A DNA stretch of 63,637 nucleotides, counting the filler. It is 6 parts of 6 records of this genome, joined end to end, with 100 filler letters (N's around TTAATTAATTAA, not from the genome) between each part and the next. Parts side by side here need not be neighbours in the genome. Positions count along the whole stretch, not along the records: positions 19,841 to 30,208 come from SRR31156797_22446; positions 30,309 to 42,221 come from SRR31156797_22464; 4 more parts are not named here. The stretch is one strand, 5' to 3'. Below are positions 30,194-38,333 of the stretch, in pieces; position 1 is the stretch's first letter; the number at the start of each line of letters is the position of its first letter. The notes below the pieces were generated by a model that did not search any database, was not told the origin of the DNA, and was given only the letters and a program-made list of their open reading frames with translations. Position numbers and translations under genes: made by a program.

Positions 30194-30208
30194 CTATTAA
30201 AAACTCTT

Positions 30209-30308
30209 NNNNNNNNNNNNNNNNNNNNNNNNNNNNNNNNNNNNNNNNNNNNTTAATTAATTAANNNNNNNNNNNNNNNNNNNNNNNNNNNNNNNNNNNN
30301 NNNNNNNN
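30209..30308. other. Artificial contig spacer
   Basis: Same N44-TTAATTAATTAA-N44 linker. Confidence 0.99.
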
Positions 30309-30440
30309 CTGGGAGCATATTCGAGATATGTGCCCAGTAACGCAACGCGGAAGACAGCATAAAAAGCCACCAATTGCTTATGCTGCTTAAAGGACATGTA
30401 TTTTGTTGCCGGATTAATATAAACATTTTCAAAAGGCCTG

Positions 30441-31298
30441 TTAAGCAACCAGGCGCATGAGTTTAGCATCATTCCTAAAAAGGACACACCACCTGGCGAC
30501 AGACGATAATTCAGCATCATGCTGGGTCATTTCTTTTATGTTGAGCAGGTGCCTTCTTACCTTTTCCTTTGCCACAGGATTACTACCATTTGAGCAGCGT
30601 GACTTTGCCGTCAGATACTGCTCAATTTCCCGACTGACCCGTTGCCAAATTTTCCCCCTTTCTTCTCTTAAAGCTTCATGCTCATTTAGCTTAAGGCGAT
30701 TAATGGTTTCTTCCACCCGTTTTTCTTCCCATTCCGATATTCCCGGAGCAGAAATCGTTTTTCCTTCTTCGTCAAACGCAATCAGGTTTACATCCTCTGG
30801 ATCTGTAGGGTCCAACAAATAAGCTATTTCGGATTCTTCACACGGATTATCAAATGAAGAACAAAGCCCTCCTGCTTTTAGTGGGAACCAGCCCCCTTTT
30901 TTTCTATTTCCCACAGTGCCGCAAACTCTGAAGTTGGTATAGTCAAAGGCAAGCCACCAGTAACCGTCACGAATTGAACCGTCCAGGGATTTGGCCTCTT
31001 TTTTGGGGCGGAAATGTTCCACATCGTAGTGAGAGTATAATTCCTTTACTTCCGAAAACCAGCATTTCCCACCTGAAAGAGCCTGTAACCAGGGTTTGAG
31101 TTTTCCCCAGTGGGCACTTTTTGAATCAATAAATTTATTTCTTCCAACGATATCACCAGCCTGGTTCATTTTTTTAAGCTCCGCAAGGAATTCAGCAGAT
31201 TTATCAAGCCAGGCCTGCCATTTTTCCTGGGTCCAGGGGGACCAGTTCGGGATGTCCGTATCAACTGGTGTTTTTCCTTCGAAATCAATATATATCAA
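30441..31298 (-). CDS. HNH-like endonuclease (PtuB/retron-effector-like)
   Basis: GKCWFSE...DVEHFRPK...GYWWLAFDYTNF...GNRKKGGWFPL...LLDPT; TTG start overlaps the ATPase TGA. Confidence 0.75.
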   Translation of the reverse strand: MIYIDFEGKTPVDTDIPNWSPWTQEKWQAWLDKSAEFLAELKKMNQAGDIVGRNKFIDSKSAHWGKLKPWLQALSGGKCWFSEVKELYSHYDVEHFRPKKEAKSLDGSIRDGYWWLAFDYTNFRVCGTVGNRKKGGWFPLKAGGLCSSFDNPCEESEIAYLLDPTDPEDVNLIAFDEEGKTISAPGISEWEEKRVEETINRLKLNEHEALREERGKIWQRVSREIEQYLTAKSRCSNGSNPVAKEKVRRHLLNIKEMTQHDAELSSVARWCVLFRNDAKLMRLVA

Positions 31299-32899
31299 TG
31301 TCCACCACCTTCCATCAGAATTTCGTCAATAATTTCATCGGCAATGGCATCCTGCTCCTGCTGCTCTTCAGGAGTCAAGGCCTCTTTATGGAACTTGGTA
31401 TGAAGTGCCATTTTTTGGACAAACATTGCAAAATAAGGATCTTTAAAATCGCTGGCAAAGCCGAGGTCCGAGAGTTCATCACTCAGTCTGGACAACTCAT
31501 CATCCTGGGATTTATTACGTGCCCGACCAAGGGCAAAAAGATAGTTTCGTTTGTCTAAACGGCGAAGCGTTTCCGAATCTATGGTTGAACGAAGGCCGAA
31601 TAGTTCACTCTTGAGTAGCCCTGAAATACCCATGCCTTGGGGATGTTCATCGGGCTCAACCACAAAAGAACAGCCCTTTTCATTGCGTAATATTCTTACC
31701 TGTTCTTTTAGTAAGCTGCCGATCATCATCGGATCATGGGTTGTGATGAGAATTTGGGAGTCCCCGGCCAGTATGTTGCCGGTATCCGTTTGAATTACCT
31801 TCTTTATCTCATCAAAATACCGCAGTTTCCAAATGGGGTTCAGATGTGTATCCGGTTCGTCCAACAAAAAGAGACAGTGATCCTAGCTGGTTATGCGCAT
31901 GAGTCCCAGCACGGTTAAAAGCTGTAACTCTCCCTCCGAAAGCTGATTGAAACTGATCGCGCCATTGGAATCCTTGTGTTTGACGGTAATACGAACTTCG
32001 TCAATCAGATCTCCGATATAGGCCCCCTCGGCATAGCGAAAGAAGATCTCCGGCGGCCCCACCAGTTCTCCCAGCTTTTCCAGTGAATCCTTGTCAGGCA
32101 GATAGAGGTATAACTGTTCCTGCTTTTCGGTTCTACCCCGGAAATCCAGTTGTCTGGATTTGACTTCATCAATGGGTGCAACGGCTATATCCCAGAGTTT
32201 ATCCAGAAACTCATCCACCACCGTACCACGGGCATACCAGAATCGATTGTCCCCGTTTTGAATATCATCCTCCTCCAGGGTACGTTTCAAATGATAGGGC
32301 TGTTTGATCACAAAAAGTGCCGAATCAAGCTCCAGAATATTTAGATCGTTGAGCAGTTGAGTGAACACCGCATCCTGGGAAAGCAAGCAGGCAAGCAGCA
32401 CCAGCTGGCTATGGCCACCTCGGCAATAAAAAAAACGGCGGATAAGGTCATCTTTGTTTTTGCGAAGGGCCTGGGTAAACCGTTTTTGATGCGCCTGAAA
32501 AAGTTGCTCGATACGCTCGTTTTTCCCGGAATAGTAGGTAAATACATGGGATGGCAGATACTTTTTTGCATGCTTTGCAAGGGCCGTGGCTGAACTGCGC
32601 TCTTTATCAATGATCACCGCGGGTTTTTTCCCTGCAACAGCAACAAGTTTTACCTGGTGCTCCCGAATCCCGTATTCCATTTCATAATCAAAACTGGCGG
32701 CATTGTTCAGGTCCAGGTCCCTAAAGATGGTAATAATCGCTTCCATGAAATTGGATTTACCGGAACCGTTCCGGCCGATGATGGCATGGCTTTTAAATTC
32801 GCGGAATTCACCATCAGCCGTTTCAGCCGAAGAGGTAAAGGCGATTTCAAAATCTTTCAGGTTTCTGAAGTCTGCAATTTTTAATTTGTCTATATGCAT
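31295..32899 (-). CDS. ABC/AAA_21-type ATPase (PtuA-like, restriction-system-associated); 534 codons with one in-frame TAG at 31885-31883 (pseudogene or readthrough)
   Basis: FRNL, Walker A GRNGSGKS, YYSG, signature LSEGE, then MRITS*DHCLFLLDEPDTHLNP and ITTHDP in the same frame. Confidence 0.85.
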
Positions 32900-32929
32900 A
32901 TGAATTCATAAATCTGATTTTTTAAAGGG

Positions 32930-33041
32930 TAATCAGATAACCGTCAAATAAAAACCAAAGCGAAATACGTTAATAAAACAATAACTTAATAACATAAAGT
33001 CCCTAAGCGACTGATCTTTAATCAAATAACCGTCAAATAAA
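32930..33041. repeat. 23-bp direct repeat pair (32930-32952, 33019-33041)
   Basis: taatcagataaccgtcaaataaa / taatcaaataaccgtcaaataaa, 1 mismatch; each reads TTGACG on the minus strand. Confidence 0.85.
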
Positions 33042-33050
33042 GAAACTGCC

Positions 33051-34520
33051 TCATTTAGCCCACCATGGAATGTATTTCATAAACTTCCGGGATGCTTTTG
33101 GATCAAAGGGATAAACCATCTCAGCTTCCAGTGTCTCTTTGATAATACGTGAGGCAATGGCGCTGTTCTTGCCTTCGATGCCAAAACGCTCCCGTAAAGT
33201 GGAGTTGGTCATAAAATCCCTTTGGATATAACGCAATCCCGCGTGCATGTAACATGCTCGGATTTTGTCAGCCTTGTCCATCTCTTTCAGCTCTTTATGG
33301 GAAAAGAGAATGGCTCTTGTGTGTTCATCGGTGGTCTCAAAAACCGGCGCGGGCAGCTGATAGATTTCTGTCTGAATCACCACCTTATCCACCCCGCTTC
33401 CTCTTTCTTCACACACTCCGATACGCCTCATAAACGAAGCAATGCCCTCATTGCGTGATTTTGGAGGGCTGTCTAAAAACCGGTCGGTTTTAACAAGGGG
33501 GAGCCCAGGATTGGTGATCTCCATTCGATTGGCAAAAATTTCAATCATGGGTGCTGTACCGCTGATATGAAAATCCTGGTGGATGATGGCATTGGCAATC
33601 AATTCCCGGACAGCCAGTTCCGGAAACATGGGCACTGTTTTACGCAGTGCCTGGCCCATCACTTCGTTCGACGGGAGCAGATTTTGCACAAAACCGATAA
33701 GGCCTTCAAAACCGCAGGCATAACCACGGTCGCCCTCCTGCTCCCGCACCGTTTCAAGCTTGGTTTCCCCCCGGTATAAAATAACCCGCGCCGCCTTATG
33801 TTTAAGCCGTGTGAAATCACTGAGTCTGCGGGCGAACAGAATGGCCCCCATATTGGTAATATCCCATTTTCCGGCATTTCCTTTATCAATCAGATCATCA
33901 GCCTGAAGCGCCTTAAGAATACCTTCCCGGGATTCAGGCAACGAGAGCTGAAGAAGGTCGAAATAAGCGGGATAATCAAGCAGCTTCAGCACCTCATCCG
34001 AAGACACATGTTCGGCGGCAATCTCTTTTTCAAAAGGTTTACGGTCAAAAAGCCGCCAGAGTTCCCGTTCTTTTTCCGGAAAATCCTTTAATTTCTTTTT
34101 GTAGGACCCCACCCTGATGAATTCGATATTCTTGAATTGAACCGGATGACGGAAGGCAGCTCCCACCTCCAGCATGACCACGCACTTCTCCTCTATTTCA
34201 ATTTCAAAAAACCTAAAATTTACCTTGGGGTTGATTAGACGCAAAAGCCAGCTTTCAAGCTCTTCGTTACCGATTTTAGCCTGAAGCGGTCTGAAGTCGG
34301 TTCCCACAATATCATGGTTTTGATCTTCAACACCCCACAGGAGATAGGCGTGCACCTTGCCGGCATATGCCGCAGAGTTGGCCAGAGCAGAGATGTACTC
34401 TCCGATTGCGTCAGGCTGCTCATTGCCCACTTTGAACTCCACCCATTCTGTTTCATCGGAAAGTCGGCACAGCTCCCTTACAAGGCTTTGAAGATATTCC
34501 GGGTTCCGGTCCACGGTCAT
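33051..34520 (-). CDS. Schlafen/AlbA_2 domain + HATPase_c_4 (RecG-C-like) + C-terminal wHTH protein
   Basis: ETEWVEFK, ISALANS, LLWGVED; RELIANAIIHQDF, EITNPG, SRNE, EERGSGVD; MTNSTLRERFG. Confidence 0.85.
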   Translation of the reverse strand: MTVDRNPEYLQSLVRELCRLSDETEWVEFKVGNEQPDAIGEYISALANSAAYAGKVHAYLLWGVEDQNHDIVGTDFRPLQAKIGNEELESWLLRLINPKVNFRFFEIEIEEKCVVMLEVGAAFRHPVQFKNIEFIRVGSYKKKLKDFPEKERELWRLFDRKPFEKEIAAEHVSSDEVLKLLDYPAYFDLLQLSLPESREGILKALQADDLIDKGNAGKWDITNMGAILFARRLSDFTRLKHKAARVILYRGETKLETVREQEGDRGYACGFEGLIGFVQNLLPSNEVMGQALRKTVPMFPELAVRELIANAIIHQDFHISGTAPMIEIFANRMEITNPGLPLVKTDRFLDSPPKSRNEGIASFMRRIGVCEERGSGVDKVVIQTEIYQLPAPVFETTDEHTRAILFSHKELKEMDKADKIRACYMHAGLRYIQRDFMTNSTLRERFGIEGKNSAIASRIIKETLEAEMVYPFDPKASRKFMKYIPWWAK

Positions 34521-36517
34521 TCGGCAGGTTCCTTTTCTTCAATAATTCGCATCTCGGCCTTCTGGGGCTCTTCAATCCATCCGTTTGCTATTTCAGTCCT
34601 GAGCTGGCGGTAAAACGCATCAATCTCCATGCCCGAATGATTCCACAGGACTTTTGCGGAAAGCTCGCTGCTGTGTTTGGCCAAGATGGCGCAAAGAGGT
34701 GCCTGGGCTTTAAATGAGGGGCTTTTCACCAGTCGCAGCTTGGTCACAAGTTCGGTTTTGGGGGCCTTCATCTTCTCTTTATCCTCCAGTTGGGTTCCGG
34801 TGATTGCGGCAATGGCTGACTGGGCCAGTTTTTCGGCAATGGAACGGGCTTGGGTGAGTTGGGATTCAAGTTTATTGCATTTTTCAAGAAAAGACTCAAC
34901 AATGCCGACTATTCTATCCTGCTCTTCAATAGGTGGGATTGAAATCGGAATCGCTCTTAACTTATTTTGAGATATATTCATTTGACTTTCCGCCATTCCA
35001 GATTTTTGATTTTCTAAAATTGATGCGGACTCTCCAACAGTCAATGCCATTGCAATAAAATTTGCATTTAACAAATCGTTTACAATATGGAAACGGATTA
35101 TCTTGTCAGAAATCATAAGTTTCTGTCTTGTAGAATTAATCACACAACAAATCCCAACTCTATTTTTTGGACCAGCACGTGTGACTAATATATCACCAGC
35201 TTTTGCTTCATACTGAGGCTTTGGATCTTTTCCTATAGGCAATTCCTTATGTTCAAATTCAAGGTATTTCATTTTTTGTACCGCAGTTGTTTTTAGAATC
35301 CCCCAGCTTTCAGAATTAGAACAGGGATGAGGCGAACACGCAGGACTCCAGCCCGCATCCATTGTAGAAATAACAGAATCGAGAGGAACAACCATCCAAT
35401 GCTCAGGTATTTTCCTTTCATATTTAAAAGGAATAATTGATTTTTTACGTTTAATTGTTTTTTCTTTTATCAGCTTTTCTTTATTTCTATGGATCGTATC
35501 AATTAAATTGGATACCGAGTTATCGGAATCTTTATTCTTGGTCAAACATCCGTTGATACCTAATTCAATAATAATTTTTCGAAGATCTCCAACATCCTCC
35601 GGCCCTTCGAACAGCATTCCCACATTTTCCTGAATCCTGTTCCAGGAGAGTTTGAGTTCTTGGGGGCTTTGAGCGTTTGCCAAGGCGTTCAAGGCAGCGG
35701 TTCGCAATAGCTTGGTGAGCTCGCTGCGCTTTTGCTGCTGGGCTTCCAGACGATCACAAAGCGCCATCAGTTCATCGACCTTGGCAACAATGCGTTTTTG
35801 TTCTTGGAGTGGAGGGAGAGGAAAAGCACGAGTTGCAAAATATTCTGTAGGCAACCGTTTTTGACCAGCAGTACCAGTCATTTTTGTTTCACCATCTACC
35901 ATAAAATACGGCGAACGTAAAAAAGTATAAATATATGCAGGTTCAACCAATCCTTTAATTGGGCGTATAACATGAAACTCTGTAGAACCAGCTCCAATCC
36001 CATTTTTTAAGCCATAAAGAATCGCTGACTTCCTGTTCTCATAACATGGAGTAATCTTGGCAATAAGAACATCACCATCGGCAAAATGTGTATAACCTCT
36101 CTTTATTTCTGACCATTGCCTATCTTCTGAATTGATAGCCCCCAAGTGTAGCTGCGAGATACCACTCATAGGAACAAATGAAACTTGGACACCATCCTCA
36201 ACATTATTTTTGGGATTGATCTCTCCTAATTTTACTAATTGTGTCCAAACCCAATTGTCTGGAATAATAATGTCGCTTGGTATGGTTAAAGGAATTTTTT
36301 CTAACTTTGGAGATCGCTTAAAAGATTTATTTTTTATTAATTTATCTTTTGTTAAATTAATATTGTTAATTAAATCCTGTGCATGATCAGAATTATTGTT
36401 TTTACGTACTAAAGTTCCTGTTATTGCAAGATGATAAACCATCTCTCTCAACTTTTGCACGCCCCCCGGCGCATTGGCTATATGCCCGAATTCAGTTAAA
36501 AACATTCCGACATCCAT
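34517..36517 (-). CDS. hsdS: Type I R-M specificity subunit with ~84-aa C-terminal extension
   Basis: IPDNWVW and IPEHWMV before the two TRDs; PLPPLQEQKRIVAKVDELMALCDRLE and IPPIEEQDRIV conserved regions. Confidence 0.93.
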   Translation of the reverse strand: MDVGMFLTEFGHIANAPGGVQKLREMVYHLAITGTLVRKNNNSDHAQDLINNINLTKDKLIKNKSFKRSPKLEKIPLTIPSDIIIPDNWVWTQLVKLGEINPKNNVEDGVQVSFVPMSGISQLHLGAINSEDRQWSEIKRGYTHFADGDVLIAKITPCYENRKSAILYGLKNGIGAGSTEFHVIRPIKGLVEPAYIYTFLRSPYFMVDGETKMTGTAGQKRLPTEYFATRAFPLPPLQEQKRIVAKVDELMALCDRLEAQQQKRSELTKLLRTAALNALANAQSPQELKLSWNRIQENVGMLFEGPEDVGDLRKIIIELGINGCLTKNKDSDNSVSNLIDTIHRNKEKLIKEKTIKRKKSIIPFKYERKIPEHWMVVPLDSVISTMDAGWSPACSPHPCSNSESWGILKTTAVQKMKYLEFEHKELPIGKDPKPQYEAKAGDILVTRAGPKNRVGICCVINSTRQKLMISDKIIRFHIVNDLLNANFIAMALTVGESASILENQKSGMAESQMNISQNKLRAIPISIPPIEEQDRIVGIVESFLEKCNKLESQLTQARSIAEKLAQSAIAAITGTQLEDKEKMKAPKTELVTKLRLVKSPSFKAQAPLCAILAKHSSELSAKVLWNHSGMEIDAFYRQLRTEIANGWIEEPQKAEMRIIEEKEPAE

Positions 36518-38298
36518 CAGGCGTCCACCCCTTTGTCAAAATGGTGGGACAGTGCCAAAGCAAGTTCTTCCTTGAGAAGGGTTTCCGTCTCTTCAATTTC
36601 GAGGAGCAGTTTTTTGTAGTTTACCAGCAGTTCATCAGGATCATAAACGATTGCTTCAGGTGAGTTGGGGTTTTTGATATTCAGATTGTAGATGGGCCAG
36701 TATATTCGATCCCCTGCAGCCTGTTCGTCCCTGGCTTTCAATCTGAGTTCATCTGCCTTTTGACGAAGCACCTGGATTTTTTTATCCACCTTTTTGCGAG
36801 GCGCCTTCCCATTTGACCCTTTGATGGAGCCCCGCAGCTCCTTGATGTGGCTTTCAAGATCCGAAGCCTCGTTTTTCAGGGCTTCCGCCTTTTCCCAGTG
36901 GGGTCCGGCCTTGGCTTCAGCCTCCTTTTTGCGGGTTTTGAAATCAATCTTCCAGGCAAACTCATTTTCCATTCGGTCTGCAAAATCGTTTTCATCCTTA
37001 CCCCACCAGGAAATTTCAGGCGCAAACTCTTCAAGCCGCATGGGCTTGGTTTTGGAATAGCTTTTATATCCCTTGGGATAGGGATGCTCATAAAACCAGA
37101 TGGTCTCGGTGGGTTTTCCCTTGGTGAAAAAGAGAAGATTGGTTTTTATCCCGGTGTAGGGGCTGAATACGCCCTTGGGAAGGCGGATGATGGTGTGAAG
37201 ATTGCATTTTTCAAGCAGAAGTTCTTTGATTTTTGCCTTTACCCCTTCTCCGAAAAGGGTGCCGTCGGGCAAAACGATGGCTCCCCGTCCACCGTCTTTC
37301 AACAATTTATTGATGATGAGGGTTAAGAACATATCCGCTGTTTCACGGGTACGCAGATCCGCCGGAAAATCTGATCCAACCCCATCCTCTTCCATACCAC
37401 CAAAGGGGGGATTTGTTATGATGCAATCCACCTTGTCGGATTTACTCCAGTCGTTCCAGCTCTTTCCAAGGGTATTTCTGTGCTCAATCTGACTTGGAAC
37501 ATCAATGCCGTGTAAAAGCAAATTGGTGGTGCAGAGCAGATGGGGAAGCTGTTTTTTTTCAAAGCCCCGAATACTTGCTTCCACCGCTTTTTTATCTTCG
37601 GCGCTGGATTTATCGGTAATCTGACCGTTTAAAAGCTCTATTGTCGCAGTTAAAAATCCGCCGGTACCACAGGCAGGATCCAACACGGTTTCACGTTTAT
37701 CCAGACGGGGGTTGACCCTTTGCGCCATGAACTTCGTCACGGTTCGGGGGGTATAGAACTCTCCGGCATTGCCTGCACTTCTGAGATCGTTTAGAATCTT
37801 TTCATAAATGTCCCCAAGGTTCTGTCGGGTTTTAAAATCGTGAAAGTTAATGGCCTCATCAATTTTTTCAATCACCCCAAGCATGAGAGGCCCGGATTTC
37901 ATATAATTATTGGAATCCATAAAAATATCGCGTACCACTTTGCCTTTGGCAGCGGTGGGGTTTTCGGATGCCCCTTCTATATTTATCTCTTTTAGGCCGG
38001 GAAATACCGTGTTCTCCACATATTCAATCAGCTCGCTGGCCTGGATCTGGGGGGCAAGTTTTTCGTCTTTTCCCGGCAGATACTTTGCCCAATTTCGCCA
38101 CCGACAGCTTTCCGGAAGTGGCGACGTATAGGTCTTGCCCAAATCGGCGGCATCGTCTTCCCACTCCTCTTCCCTCTGGTCAAAAACCTTGAGAAAGAGC
38201 ATCCAGGTCAATTGTCCGATACGCTGGGCATCACCGTCCACACCATCATCTTTGCGCATGATGTCTTGAATACTTTTAATGGTACTACTTAAATTCAT
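36517..38298 (-). CDS. hsdM: Type I R-M N6-adenine methyltransferase with C-terminal helical insertion
   Basis: GEFYTPR, LDPACGTGGFL, TNPPFGG, VLPDGTLFGEG. Confidence 0.96.
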   Translation of the reverse strand: MNLSSTIKSIQDIMRKDDGVDGDAQRIGQLTWMLFLKVFDQREEEWEDDAADLGKTYTSPLPESCRWRNWAKYLPGKDEKLAPQIQASELIEYVENTVFPGLKEINIEGASENPTAAKGKVVRDIFMDSNNYMKSGPLMLGVIEKIDEAINFHDFKTRQNLGDIYEKILNDLRSAGNAGEFYTPRTVTKFMAQRVNPRLDKRETVLDPACGTGGFLTATIELLNGQITDKSSAEDKKAVEASIRGFEKKQLPHLLCTTNLLLHGIDVPSQIEHRNTLGKSWNDWSKSDKVDCIITNPPFGGMEEDGVGSDFPADLRTRETADMFLTLIINKLLKDGGRGAIVLPDGTLFGEGVKAKIKELLLEKCNLHTIIRLPKGVFSPYTGIKTNLLFFTKGKPTETIWFYEHPYPKGYKSYSKTKPMRLEEFAPEISWWGKDENDFADRMENEFAWKIDFKTRKKEAEAKAGPHWEKAEALKNEASDLESHIKELRGSIKGSNGKAPRKKVDKKIQVLRQKADELRLKARDEQAAGDRIYWPIYNLNIKNPNSPEAIVYDPDELLVNYKKLLLEIEETETLLKEELALALSHHFDKGVDA

Positions 38299-38333
38299 CT
38301 TTTATCTTTCGTTTTGCAAATAACTTTAAAATA

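Larger units (their letters stand above)
22700..30208. mobile_element. Putative integrative mobilizable element (tyrosine integrase, MOB_V relaxase, xis-like gene, metal-response cargo); right end missing
   Basis: Gene content, very AT-rich core and oriT-like hairpins; left boundary inferred. Confidence 0.7.

Noticed and set aside
30257-30520. 87-aa ORF running into the spacer, plus the many antisense ORFs in the track (e.g. 2308-2766, 36847-37326, 39843-40397, 59354-59986)
   Set aside because: They overlap or shadow well-supported genes and have no recognisable motifs.
31295-31867. Separate 190-aa gene as listed in the ORF track
   Set aside because: It starts inside Walker B with no evident RBS and is the in-frame continuation of the ATPase.
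32900-33050. Retron msr-msd next to the PtuAB-like pair
   Set aside because: No reverse transcriptase on the contig, and the repeats are direct rather than a1/a2 inverted.
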